Shown in pieces: positions 8,065 to 19,400 of a stretch of DNA of 64,000 nt; within the stretch, counting starts at the first letter, position 1, and every line of letters begins with the position of its first letter. The stretch comes from an uncultured Candidatus Saccharibacteria bacterium (lineage in GTDB: Bacteria > Patescibacteriota > Minisyncoccia > Phycocordibacterales > JACOZG01), in contig CAZYLF010000002.1 of NCBI GenBank assembly GCA_964648765.1, positions 144,684 through 208,683 of the forward strand, given 5' to 3'. Position numbers and translations under genes: made by a program. The notes under the pieces are model-generated. The model saw only the letters and a program-made list of their open reading frames with translations. It made no database searches and had not been told where the DNA came from.

Positions 8065-9024
8065 TCATAACATATACCTCACCTCCTCTTCGAGCTCGAT
8101 TTCGAAACGATCTTTAACTAATTTTTTTAGTTTGGTGACGAGTTTGATAACGTCAGCGTAAGTGGCGTGGCTTTCATTAATGATGAGATTGCCGTGGAAG
8201 TTGGCCACCACTGCCTCACCTTCTCGTAGCCCCCTCGCTCCCACGTCTTCAAGTAAATAACCGGCCGGGATTTTACCGTCCCTAATTTTATTTTGATCTA
8301 TCTTACTTAAAGCTTCTGGCGTGATTGTGCTTACCAAAACATTTTTAAAATAACTCCCCGGGCATTTTACCCCTGGCACATATTTGGCATTTCTGATTTC
8401 GATAATCTCCTTAGACTTTTTCAACAACTCTACGCCATCACCTTTTTCTAAATTAAAAGTCGCGCGCAACACCAGCCAATTTTTCCCCTCGTTTTTAAAA
8501 ATGCTGTTGCGGTAGGCGAAGTGATGGTCTCCACAAGAAATTAGCCCCACCCCGGCCCTCCCCAAAGGAGAGGGTGAGGGAGAAAAAATTTCTATTTTTT
8601 CAAGGTGGTCAGAAATTGATTGACCGTAAGCGCCGGCGTTGCCGACAATTGCGCCACCCACCGTACCCGGGATTCCGGAGAGTGATTCCAAGCCCGCTAA
8701 ATTATTTTCAATCGCGAAGTTAATTAATGAAGCGAGCGGCAAACCCGCCTCGCAAGTAATCACATTCCCCTCACAACTAATTTCGGCCTGAGAGTTTAAG
8801 TAATGAATTAAAAGTCCAGGATAAGTTTCGTCAGAGAAAACCAAGTTACTTCCTCCAGCCATGACTAAGTATTTAAGACTATTTTCTTTCGCGAGAGAAA
8901 CGGCATCAACTAATTCTTCAGGTGAAATAACTTTAAGATACCACTTCACTTTGCCACCCACGCCGAAAGTGGTCAGTGGCTTAACGTCCACATTTTCTTC
9001 CACATTCGAGAAAATGTTTTTCAC
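8065..9024 (-). CDS. murB: UDP-N-acetylenolpyruvoylglucosamine reductase
   Basis: 319 aa. It has FAD-binding PCMH domain motifs (TTFGVGG, AGGSNLV) and a C-terminal MurB domain. Confidence 0.85.
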   Translation of the reverse strand: MKNIFSNVEENVDVKPLTTFGVGGKVKWYLKVISPEELVDAVSLAKENSLKYLVMAGGSNLVFSDETYPGLLIHYLNSQAEISCEGNVITCEAGLPLASLINFAIENNLAGLESLSGIPGTVGGAIVGNAGAYGQSISDHLEKIEIFSPSPSPLGRAGVGLISCGDHHFAYRNSIFKNEGKNWLVLRATFNLEKGDGVELLKKSKEIIEIRNAKYVPGVKCPGSYFKNVLVSTITPEALSKIDQNKIRDGKIPAGYLLEDVGARGLREGEAVVANFHGNLIINESHATYADVIKLVTKLKKLVKDRFEIELEEEVRYML

Positions 9025-9128
9025 TTTACGACTAGAAAAAAGCTTGGGAGTAAACTAGCAATCCCATAAAGCCAACTAATCCTGTGACTAATAAAAACTC
9101 TTTCATTGCTTTAGATTATACCAACTTT

Positions 9129-10349
9129 TTACTGCGAGAGAACGCGGTAGTAATAAGTAGTGTTTGAAGAAAGACCAGTAAGAGTTACAGCATGAGCAGT
9201 AACTTTAACAGAATCATCTTGAAGTCCACTTGATAAAGCATAACCGAAGTTTGGGTAAGCAGCTCCAGAGATTGAAGGGCGAGAAGTGGTATCGTAAATT
9301 ACGCGGCTATTAGCGGCGCGATCAGTGTCCCAACGCACAATGGCTGAAGTTTCAGTCACGTCAGTAACACGGATGTTTGAGATTACAGGTTTAGTATTAC
9401 CACCACCTCCACCACCATTAGTATTAATATTAACAGCAACCGTAGCTGTTTTGGTAGCACCAACGAAATCTGTAACGGTTAAAGTAGCTGTTTTAGAACC
9501 TGAAGAGCTGTAAGACTTGGAAACAGTTTGACCGCCCACATTGGCAGAACCATCGCCAAAATTCCAAAGATATGTGTAAGGAGCTGTGCCGCCAGTAGCA
9601 GAAGCAGCAAAACTTATGCTTTGGTCGATATCGAATGAAGAATTGTTAGATGGAGAAGTAATACTTGCATCTAAACCAGAATTATTTTGGTTGATAGTAA
9701 GATTGAGAGTAAGAACTTTGTGCGCACCATCAAAGTCACTTGCAGTGGCAGTAACCACTTTGGCGCCAGAGGTAGAGTAAGAGTGAGAAACTGTTTGACC
9801 GGCTACATCGGCAGATCCATCACCAAAACTCCAAAGATAAGTGTAAGGAGCAGTACCGCCAGAAGCAGAAATTGCAAAATCAATATTTTGTCCTACATTA
9901 AAACTGCCGTTATTTGAAGGAGAAGAAATTGAAGCATCGAAGGCTACGGTTGGAGAATTAATATTTAATGTTACAGAGTCAACAGCCCGAGCACCTGTAA
10001 AATCAGCCACCACCAAACTCACAGTTTTTGCACCAGCGCTTGAAAAGGACTTTGAAATGCTTTGTCCAGACACATCCGAAGAACCATCATCAAAACTCCA
10101 CACATAAGTATAAGGAGCATTGCCACCAGAAGCAGAGAGTGAGAAATCAATGTTTTGATTGATATCAAATGAAGCACCATTTGAAGGTGAGTTAATTGAG
10201 GCAACCAAAGGAGCTGATGCTAGTGCCGCTTGGTCAGAAGCAGCGTCTTGAGCCAAAACCGAAACTGGTAAAGCTAATAAAAGGCTAAAAATAAGGGTAA
10301 TCGAGGCTAATCTGTTTACAATTTTTTGCATATTCATAGTACCTAACAA
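9129..10349 (-). CDS. Secreted protein with three PKD domains and a C-terminal fibronectin-III-like domain
   Basis: It has a signal peptide. Three ~95-aa repeats each carry the PKD signature (APYTYxWxFGDGS). The C-terminus PVISNIRVTDVTETSAIVRWDTD is FN3-like. Confidence 0.7.
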   Translation of the reverse strand: MLGTMNMQKIVNRLASITLIFSLLLALPVSVLAQDAASDQAALASAPLVASINSPSNGASFDINQNIDFSLSASGGNAPYTYVWSFDDGSSDVSGQSISKSFSSAGAKTVSLVVADFTGARAVDSVTLNINSPTVAFDASISSPSNNGSFNVGQNIDFAISASGGTAPYTYLWSFGDGSADVAGQTVSHSYSTSGAKVVTATASDFDGAHKVLTLNLTINQNNSGLDASITSPSNNSSFDIDQSISFAASATGGTAPYTYLWNFGDGSANVGGQTVSKSYSSSGSKTATLTVTDFVGATKTATVAVNINTNGGGGGGNTKPVISNIRVTDVTETSAIVRWDTDRAANSRVIYDTTSRPSISGAAYPNFGYALSSGLQDDSVKVTAHAVTLTGLSSNTTYYYRVLSQ

Positions 10350-10372
10350 CTATCACATCGAGATAAAAAAAG

Positions 10373-10403
10373 CAACCCCGTTCGCCTAAGCGAGTCGGGG
10401 TTG
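10373..10403 (-). terminator. Intrinsic terminator (about 13-bp bulged stem CAACCCCG..CGGGGUUG followed by CUUUUUUUAUC on the minus strand)
   Basis: It lies between the 10433.. gene stop and the 10349 start. Confidence 0.6.
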
Positions 10404-10432
10404 GATTGGGGCAAAGCCCAAGCTACAAGTTG

Positions 10433-11914
10433 TTAGTTAAGGGTGACGACGATAGGGAACGAACCCAGTAACCCTTCGGGGTTGTTTGCCAAACTCCATA
10501 CTTGGAGATTGTTAAACAATGTCTCGTTACCATCAGTGATTGCCGTCAACACCTTACTCGGCAACGGTACCGCTACTGTGCCACTGCCGACTGGTGATGT
10601 AAAAATCACATCAACGATCGTGGTGTCATAGTACGCAGTGTGCAACTTGTGCTGCAAACCGTCACCGTTAGTTACCGACACGGTCACCACAAGGGAAACG
10701 GTAGCTCCCCGAACAAACGGTCCTCCCGGTGTGATACTAGTGATCACTCCAGAAAAACCAGTGGTAACAGGTGGCAACACCACCGTTGTGGTCGAGGCAT
10801 AAACTTTGGTTACGCCATCGAGACCAGTACACTCAACTGTGTAGGTATAAGTACCGGCCAGTAATCCAGAAAAAACTCGGGAACCAAAAAGTGGCAAAGA
10901 TCCAAGCCACTCGGCTGGGCCCGAACTACCACGGCAGCTCGAGGTGTTTGCGCTGTTGTGAGACACAGACAACGACGTGCCTTGAGGAATTGACGCGAGA
11001 CTAGCGATAGTCACTGTCGGCGCCGGAGGTGGAGGCGGAGCAGTAACCACAACATTCACGGATTTGTCCACTTTAGTGCCATTTACCCCGGTACACTCCA
11101 TACTGAAGTTATAAGTACCAGGATTCGGCAAAGGAATCGTCTCTTGACCGGCCACTCCAACGTCACCAGTCCAAGCACCAAGCTTTTTGCAAGAACCAAG
11201 ATGGGCTCCTGACCAGGATAGAATGAACGGGGCGTTAGCTGTAGCTGGACCAACAAGGTCTAGTGTGGGCGTCAACACTGGAGGTGGCGGTGGTGGATTT
11301 GGAGTTCCCTCTTCATCCTCCTCAAACACTTCGATCTTCACATCCACCAAAGCATCTTGAGTGTCTGCGTCTACCACCTTGATGGTAAGTACTCGATGAC
11401 CGATTTGTTCATCTCTTGGAGTCCATTTAAAGATTGGGCCTGTGCCCCTGATCTCTCCATCAATACTCCAAAAGATAACAAGCGGTGGACGACCACCTGA
11501 AAACAAGTGAGTGGCGTCGAAGATTACCTCGAAACCAGAAGTTACCTCCCAGTCCCGCCCACCCCACTGTTCACCATCAATAGTGAGACCCAATAGGTTT
11601 ACATCTATCCGGATTCCAGATGTCACGAGGCCACCACCCAAATTAAGATTGTGGGTGACAGTCACCGTTCCATCTGGATGAACTTCAAAAGCCACATTCC
11701 CTTCATTATCGAGAACCACAAAACCGTTGCTGACAGTAAGGCCATCCATGGCTTCAATTCTCGTATGAGAAATGAAATTGCCATTTTGGGCGTCTTCATG
11801 TTGGTTTGGGTGCTCAATTGGCACACAACCACTCATCGTCCCCGCCCAAATGGCAACACCAATAATGAAAATAATGGCAAACCAATCGCGTTTCCTCTTC
11901 CCGTTTTTCTGCAT
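10433..11914 (-). CDS. Secreted protein or lipoprotein with Pro-rich linkers and repeated Cys-pair Ig-like modules
   Basis: The N-terminus is a TM/lipobox-like signal (..AGTMSGC). It has poly-Pro linkers and two about 90-aa modules ending ..Y.Y.(M/V)ECTG.. No specific family is recognised. Confidence 0.45.
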   Translation of the reverse strand: MQKNGKRKRDWFAIIFIIGVAIWAGTMSGCVPIEHPNQHEDAQNGNFISHTRIEAMDGLTVSNGFVVLDNEGNVAFEVHPDGTVTVTHNLNLGGGLVTSGIRIDVNLLGLTIDGEQWGGRDWEVTSGFEVIFDATHLFSGGRPPLVIFWSIDGEIRGTGPIFKWTPRDEQIGHRVLTIKVVDADTQDALVDVKIEVFEEDEEGTPNPPPPPPVLTPTLDLVGPATANAPFILSWSGAHLGSCKKLGAWTGDVGVAGQETIPLPNPGTYNFSMECTGVNGTKVDKSVNVVVTAPPPPPAPTVTIASLASIPQGTSLSVSHNSANTSSCRGSSGPAEWLGSLPLFGSRVFSGLLAGTYTYTVECTGLDGVTKVYASTTTVVLPPVTTGFSGVITSITPGGPFVRGATVSLVVTVSVTNGDGLQHKLHTAYYDTTIVDVIFTSPVGSGTVAVPLPSKVLTAITDGNETLFNNLQVWSLANNPEGLLGSFPIVVTLN

Positions 11915-12007
11915 TCTGCACTCTCGCTTTCCGCCGTATTTCAGGCATTTTTCTTAACTAACAAATCAAAGACCAACTTCCACAACTACCAGACTATTGA
12001 CAAAAAA

Positions 12008-13159
12008 TCAAGAGCTAAATAGCTGCGGCCCATCGTAATCATCTGGGAGAGACTCCTCGCCTGGCGGCGCACGATTTGCATCGTCACGCTTATTGCGTTC
12101 GCTCACCCAGAGTATGAAAAATATAATCGCTAGTATCGCAAGTAAAATATTGAGCCAGCCACAAGAGTCCTGCCAAAAATTGGCAAGTCCAATAGCCGCC
12201 ACCTGCCAGAGGGATTCCTTTTGCCCCACATCGTGAGGACCCTCAGGCATTGGACCAATAAAGTCAGGGGTCGATGTCCCTAAGTTTAGGTCACTTGGCT
12301 TGATCACAGGCGCTGTGCCACTCTCCACACCGCGCTTGTAGATCCCCCGCAAATCTAGCGAGTTGGATGTACTGCGATCGCAATAAATATTGTTTATTGC
12401 CAGTTGTGTAGTAATGAACACGTAGCCAGTGGGCTCGTTAATCCCCCAAGGAGTAAGCACGTCATTGCCGTAACGCAATTGGAAAAGCTTAACTGCTTGG
12501 TAGGTGGTTTCGTCATATACGCCGTTTAGAGGCACTTCATAGCCCTCATAAGTACGGAGAAAGTATTGGAGTTTTATCACCTCCAATGGATTGTTTGCTC
12601 GGCCGAGCTTTATAAATTCGTTTAAGTAACGTGGGCAAGATTGTGGTAATTCTGGAGTGACAGGCTTAGCAGGAGTACGGCGTCTTCCGCCACCTCCTCC
12701 ACCTCCGCCACCATTGTCATCATTGTTGCCACCGCCTCCTCCACCACCACCATTGTTTGTGGTGAATTGATTTTCAGGAGACACTTCGTCTGCACTCCCA
12801 ATGCCAGTGGTAAAGTTGCCCTCACCACTAATAGCTAAGGAGCTATCGCTGGTGTTAAAGCTGCCTTCACCGCTATTGCCAGTGCTATCGGTATTGAAGC
12901 TACCTTCACCAGAGTTAACTGGATCTGTATTTTGGCTTTGGTTTGATCCGCCACCGCCTCCTCCGTTATTTTCTGGCACATCCACAGACACCGGGGCTTG
13001 GGTATTTGCACCACCCTGCTCCTCACTAATCGCTAAGGTGCTGAGATCTACGCTTGTAGGTAACACATCTGCACTCACTAAAGTTGGCCAAGTAAACACG
13101 CAAAAAAGCCCGATAACCACGGGGATAATCCTCGAGATATATGAAGCTCTTTTTGACAT
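12008..13159 (-). CDS. Gly-rich secreted protein with a peptidoglycan-binding domain (PG_binding_1-like) and a C-terminal TM anchor
   Basis: It has a signal peptide, poly-Gly tracts and three SGEGSFNT repeats. The segment TTYQAVKLFQ..G.DV.TPWG.N..TG fits the PGBD pattern. The C-terminus has a hydrophobic helix. Confidence 0.5.
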   Translation of the reverse strand: MSKRASYISRIIPVVIGLFCVFTWPTLVSADVLPTSVDLSTLAISEEQGGANTQAPVSVDVPENNGGGGGGSNQSQNTDPVNSGEGSFNTDSTGNSGEGSFNTSDSSLAISGEGNFTTGIGSADEVSPENQFTTNNGGGGGGGGNNDDNGGGGGGGGGRRRTPAKPVTPELPQSCPRYLNEFIKLGRANNPLEVIKLQYFLRTYEGYEVPLNGVYDETTYQAVKLFQLRYGNDVLTPWGINEPTGYVFITTQLAINNIYCDRSTSNSLDLRGIYKRGVESGTAPVIKPSDLNLGTSTPDFIGPMPEGPHDVGQKESLWQVAAIGLANFWQDSCGWLNILLAILAIIFFILWVSERNKRDDANRAPPGEESLPDDYDGPQLFSS

Positions 13160-13378
13160 AAATAAAATAAATTTCGATAAAACGAAACCCTCAAAAAGAA
13201 CGAATGTAAAAGATCTAAAATTGCGAGAAAGAGCTAGGACTAACCTAAGTTAATAACTATCAGAGGGATGGCTTAATTGCAAGCCATTTTTGCCGATTAT
13301 TAGACTTAGACCCACATCAAGTGGTCAAATTTGAAGACGTGCCAGTCAGTAAAAATTACACAGCAATAAAACAAGAAG

Positions 13379-13406
13379 CCCCAGTGTCCTATAGGACACT
13401 GGGGGG
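13379..13406 (-). terminator. Intrinsic terminator (perfect 10-bp stem CCCAGUGUCC-UAUA-GGACACUGGG, then a U-rich tract)
   Basis: It lies about 55 nt downstream of the giant gene stop at 13460. Confidence 0.6.
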
Positions 13407-13459
13407 GTCTTAATATTAAAGCCACATATTGATAAAGGACAAAGCATCTGTCCTTTAGA

Positions 13460-16400
13460 CTACGGAGTAGGAACTTCCTCGGGGGCTGGTTCAGTTACCT
13501 CAGTTGACAAATCTTCTTCAGTTACTTCTGGTATAACTTCGGGTTCCGTAACAATAATTGGATCAACGGGAACCGGTGTTGGATCTTCAGGAGGCAAAGG
13601 TTCCGGATCTGTGGTTGGAGTTGGGTTCGGATCTGTACTTGTAGCATTTGGATCTACACTTATATCATCTTCAATATCGTCTATTGGAGGTGTGGTGGTA
13701 GCGACAGGTGGTGTAGTTGTAGCATTCGGGTCAGGATTTGGAATTATATTTGGAGTTGTAGTGGTTGTAGGTGGTGGCGGCAAAACTTGTCCGAGATTTA
13801 CCTCTTCGAGAATAACTTTTAGCATATCTTCATCAATGCACGTAGCACCCAAACAGATTTTTTCGGCCACCAAATCTTTTACCGTCACAGTGCCTTTAAA
13901 TTCCGCATCTCCAGTAACGATCAATTTATCAACTGTTAAGTTAGCAATTGAATTACCCTGCAGAATAGAATTGATACTTTCTATACCTAACAATGTTTGA
14001 GCTTGTACTGGTGGTTCGGGTTTGTATTCGAGATTTACGAATACATTAATACTACCCTCTCCTGACCCAGTATAAGATTCCAACGCCACACCCACGGATG
14101 GTTCGTTATACGCCGCTTTGCGTCCAACACCAGGAACACTCGAAATAGTAATCTGATCACCAATTTGAATTGCTCCGCCCTCATCATTAACTTTAGTTGG
14201 CACACGACCAGAAAGTGAGATTGGGAATTGATTTGGAGATTCCGCAGCATCTGGCGGTAAACCCAATATCACTCCAGGTTCAGTGGCCACAATACCGAGA
14301 AGTGGAGTTGACGAAGCATTGGTAGCGCGAGCCACATGATAAAGTGGAGTATCGGCCATCACAAGATCACCAGGTTCTAGTGAGTCATCTGAAAAATAAA
14401 GCTCAGCCACATCAGTGCCGCCAGTAGTAGAAGTTACAGAACTGATCCGCCCGGTGGTGGAAGCTGTACACCAACCATCATCATCAACACAAAGACCGCC
14501 GTTCACAATCCCAATCCCAGCTTGGACTTTACCGCTACCAACAATGACATAATTCTTAAGAGCACTAGGTAAACCGAGGCCCGACCCAGTCGAGAGACCG
14601 GTGGTGGTGGCCACGAAAAACCCAACAGTAGAAGTGGCGCCGGTTGAAGATTGGGAAACGCTAATAATAGAATTGATCCCGTTGCCTGGGGTTGATGAAG
14701 CAATTGACCAAGCATTAAAGGCATTTGGCACCGTTGTGGTTGCACCAACGTTGCTAATACGCCAACGCTCAGTACCACCAGTAGAAAATGCAACCATATC
14801 AGCGGCTGGCGACCACATACCAGTATTAGCATCACTTTTAAAACTAACAGACGGTAGACTAACGGACCCAACAGCATTTAGTACCACACCTGTTGTCCCA
14901 ATTTGGAACAAGTCACCAGCTCCAACGGTAAATAAGGAGGCCGGGGATGAATCACCGATACCGACCTTGCCCCATAAATTTGCTAAAATAACATCACCAT
15001 CAGCATTTAACCCTCCGTTGCCCCTAAAACCACCATTTATAACCACATCACCTCCTCCACCGCAACACTCAGAAGGTGAACCATCCCCAGCGCTAATCCT
15101 AAGTTCGCCACCAATTTGTTCGGCAGTTGTTGATGTGGCAATTGAAATTGAACGGTAGGAAGTCGTGGCAGTGAAAAGATAATTACCGTCAACTGTTAAA
15201 GCAGACGTAGTTGCATTATTAGGATTGAAAGAAATGGCAATAGGCCCGCTAGAAAAAAGTCCGCCCTGACCAATATTTATACCATTACCAACTCTCAAAT
15301 TTTGAGCGATGTCGGCCGATTCTGAAACCCGAAAATCACCAGCCTGCAAAGAATGGAAAAATCCTGATGTCGCCTCAACCCCACTAATATCAATTTTTTT
15401 AATGTCATCAGTAGTAGAATCAACCACGTAAGCGTAGCGCCCGGCAACGGCAACCCCGACTGGAGATGAACCGACCGCAATCCCAGCTACCATAGTGGGA
15501 GTAGTTGGGTCAATCAAATCAATCACTTGGAGTTCATTGTCACTATCGTTTACTACGTAGGCATAGCGACCGGCTATGACCATATCAGTTAATGTCTCAC
15601 CGAGAGTACCTGTACTTTCATAACCAATATCATTAGGGGAAGCTGGGTTACTAACATCAACCACACAAAAAGATGCACCGGAGTCGGTGGACACACAATC
15701 ATCGTTACCCACATTCATTACATAAGCATAACGACCAGAGACCGCCACTTTTATTCTAGTTGTAATAGAAAGGTCAGTATCTCCTAAATCAACTGTGCCT
15801 ACCGTAACTGGTAAAGTCGGGTTCGAGATGTCTACTATCTCTAATTCATCAGCGCTAACATTAGTAAAATAGGCATAATGACCAGCAACATATATAGAAC
15901 CTTGGTAATAGGCTATTGCATGGGCTTTCGGTACAACCAGATTAGCAAAGAAACGAATAAAACCTTCAGAATCCATTGCCAGTGTACCAACTAAAATTGG
16001 ACTGGTTGGTATTGATATGTCTATTACAGAAAGTAAACTGGATTCTTGACTTATATAGGCATATTTACCTGATATGTAAATAGCATTTACTGCTGTTAGG
16101 CCAGAAAGCGTGGAAACAAGCACGGGAGAAGTAGGGTTGCTAACATCCACGATTTTAAAAGTGTCACCTTGAAAACTTGCCCCACTTGAACCAACATAAA
16201 CATATTGGCCCGATACGGCAATAAATTTATCATTTGCACCAAATGAGCTAAGCGAACCAATTAAAGATGGTGAGGAAGTGGAGGTATCAAAAATTTTTAG
16301 AGTAGTGTTGCCATTATCCATAACGTAAACAAATCTTCCGGCCGCTGCGATGCTAGTAGGTGTAGGTGTACCACCACCAAGAGAGGAAGACCCAACTTGT

Positions 16401-19400
16401 TTTAATGTCCCAGGAGTATGTAGTAAGCTTCCACTTGCGACATGAAGTGCCTCAGTTGGCGCACTTGTGCCAATACCAATGTGACCATTTTGATTCGTTC
16501 CTCCGATATAAAAAGCTGGTGTAGTCGAGCCCGTATTTGCCACAACAAAGCTTGGACTTGAAGTGCTGATCTCAATGGATAGTTGACCCCAAGGAGAAGT
16601 AGAGGCAACACCAATCGCACCTTGGAAGTAGGCGGAAATAGGATTGGTGGCTGTACTTGAGGCCACAGAAACAGAAAGTGGCCCGGAGCTAAATATTCCA
16701 CCCGTGCCGACGTTTAGGCTTGAGCCGACTGAGAGATTATTTTGGATGAAAGCACTTTCTCGCACGTGAATGTTACCTGCTTCTAATGAGTGAACAATGC
16801 CGGAGGTAACCTCAATACCAGAAAGATCCACCGTGTAAAGTGATCCGGAACCGGCCACATAAGCATATCTGCCAGAAACTGCCAGACTTCTTGGAGTTGC
16901 CCCTAAAGCAAGCGTTCCTGTTAAATATGGCGCAGCGGGGTTAGACACATCATAAACTTTTAGTCCCGCGGAATCCGCGCCGACATACACATAACGACCA
17001 GAAACGGCGACAGCAGAAATTAAAACAGAACCAATCGAAACGCTGCCCGCAGTCACCGCAGCGGTAGGATTACTTACATCAATCACTTTTAAATCTGTAC
17101 TAGAAACATCAGTCACATAAACATAACTCCCAGAGATGGCGATGTCGGCTGGCGTACCACCAATGGTTAATGAGTCTTCAATTGTTGGGGCAGTAGGGTT
17201 AGTGATATCGATAGTCTTTAAATCATTTGCTCCCGAATCAATTACGTAAGCATAACGACCGGAAACAACGAGATCCGCAGGCACTGGAGTTCCGCCACCA
17301 CCAAGAGAAACACTTCCGGCTACCACAGGCAGAGTCGGGTTGCTAATATCAACGACCTTCAAGTCATCGGCCGTAGAGTCTATAACGTAAGCATGACGGC
17401 CAGCAACTACCACATCAACAGCGGCACCTCCGAGCGAAACAGAACCCACAAGAGTTGGCGAAGTTGGGTTGCTAATATCGATAACTCTGAGCGCACTTGA
17501 ACTCATCACATAAGCGTATCTGCCAGAAACTGCCACCCCCCTTATTCCAACAAAGCTATAAGTTCCTACTTGAGCCGGTGACGAAGTAGCTAGGCTAAAG
17601 ATCTTAAAAGCAGAACCGTCTTCATCGGCCACATATGCATAGCGACCAGCAACAATAGTTGTTTTAGTAAAACTTCCGGTGCTCAAAGTGGCATTCCCAA
17701 CTAACACAGGGTTGCCTGGCGATTGAAGGAAGTTGCCTGCGTAGAGAGACAAAGCCTCCGTTGGCGTGCTAGTGCCGATACCAATATAACCATTCTGATT
17801 TACTCCGCCGATGTAAAATGCGGGGGTTGAGGAGCCGGTGTTTGAGACTACAAACCCGGGATTGGTGGTGCTCAACTCAACGGCAAGATTATTTGAAACA
17901 TGCAAGTTAGTCGTCGTGGCATTTGTTGTAGTTGAATTCACCATCGTTAAATTAGTGATAGTTGAAGTAGAACTGTTGGCCAAGATTCCCCCACTCAAGG
18001 TGGAGAGACCGGAGACAGCCAGGGAAGTTAAAGTGCCGACGGAAGTAAGTGAGGAAGCGGTGACGCCAGCCGCCAAAGTGCTGCCGGTCAAAGTACCAGC
18101 AGCGGCAGCGGGTGTGGTGGTAGCGATGACTTGACCATTTGGATTAACGGCGAGGAAGGTGCCAGCAGGAGTGGCGAGGTTCGCGATTGCCAAGTTAGTC
18201 GTCGTGGCGGAAGTGCTCGTTGAATTCACCATCGTTAAGTTGGTGATGGTGGAAGTGGAATTGTTGACGAGAATACCGCCAGTGATAGTGGCGAGGCCGG
18301 AACCAGCAATGGTGGTGAAGGAAGCGGCACCGGCAGTGAGAGCGTCAGCTCCGATGTCGATGGAGCCGAAACCGTTGGTGATGGAACCGCCGTTGAGAAT
18401 ACCAACTGAAGTGAGTGATGAAGAGACAACAGCAGAACCAAGTGCTGTGGCTGAAAGAGTGTTGACTCCATTGATGTTGAGAGCGAGGCCAGAAGCTAAA
18501 TTGAGATTGCCACTGACGTATTGATTAGTCGTCGTGGCATTTGTTGTCGTCGAGTTAGAGGTTGAAAGATTAGCAATTGTGGAACTGCCAGAGAGGATGA
18601 TACCGTCAGTGGATGTAAGTGGGGTTAAGTAGAGGCCGGCGTCTGTCCAGTTGGATGAACTTGGCGTACTCGTGGCAATCACTCGGCCGGTGGGATCAAC
18701 GGCGAGGAAGGTGCCAGCAGCGGTGCCAAGTGAAGTGATGGCCAATCTGGTAGTGGTGGCATTGGTGGAAGTTGAGTTCACCATTGTTAAGTTGGTGATG
18801 GTGGAAGTGGCATTGTTGACGAGAATGCCGCCGGTGATAGTGGCGAGGCCGGAACCAGCAATGGTGGTGAAGGAAGCGGCACCGGCAGTGAGAGCGTCAG
18901 CTCCGATGTCGATGGAGCCGAAACCGTTGGTGATGGAACCGCCGTTGAGAATACCAACTGAAGTGAGTGATGAAGAGACAACAGCAGAACCAAGTGCTGT
19001 GGCTGAAAGAGTGTTGACTCCATTGATGTTGAGAGCGAGGCCAGAAGCTAAATTGAGATTGCCACTGACGTATTGATTAGTCGTCGTGGCATTTGTTGTC
19101 GTCGAGTTAGAGGTTGAAAGATTAGCAATTGTGGAACTGCCAGAGAGGATGATACCGTCAGTGGATGTAAGTGGGGTTAAGTAGAGACCGGCGTCTGTCC
19201 AGTTGGATGAACCGCCTGATCCAATACAGGTGCCACCAATGGCAAAGCAGCCGGCGGTGAGATTAAAGCCAACATTGGAAGTGGAAGTGGCGGAACCAGC
19301 AATGTTAAGACCAGAGAGTGTGGTGGTGCCAAAGCCGGTGCCGGCAATTTGTATTTGGGGAGTAGTGCTGGTGGAGAAAGTGGTGGGTGAAGATGTGCCG

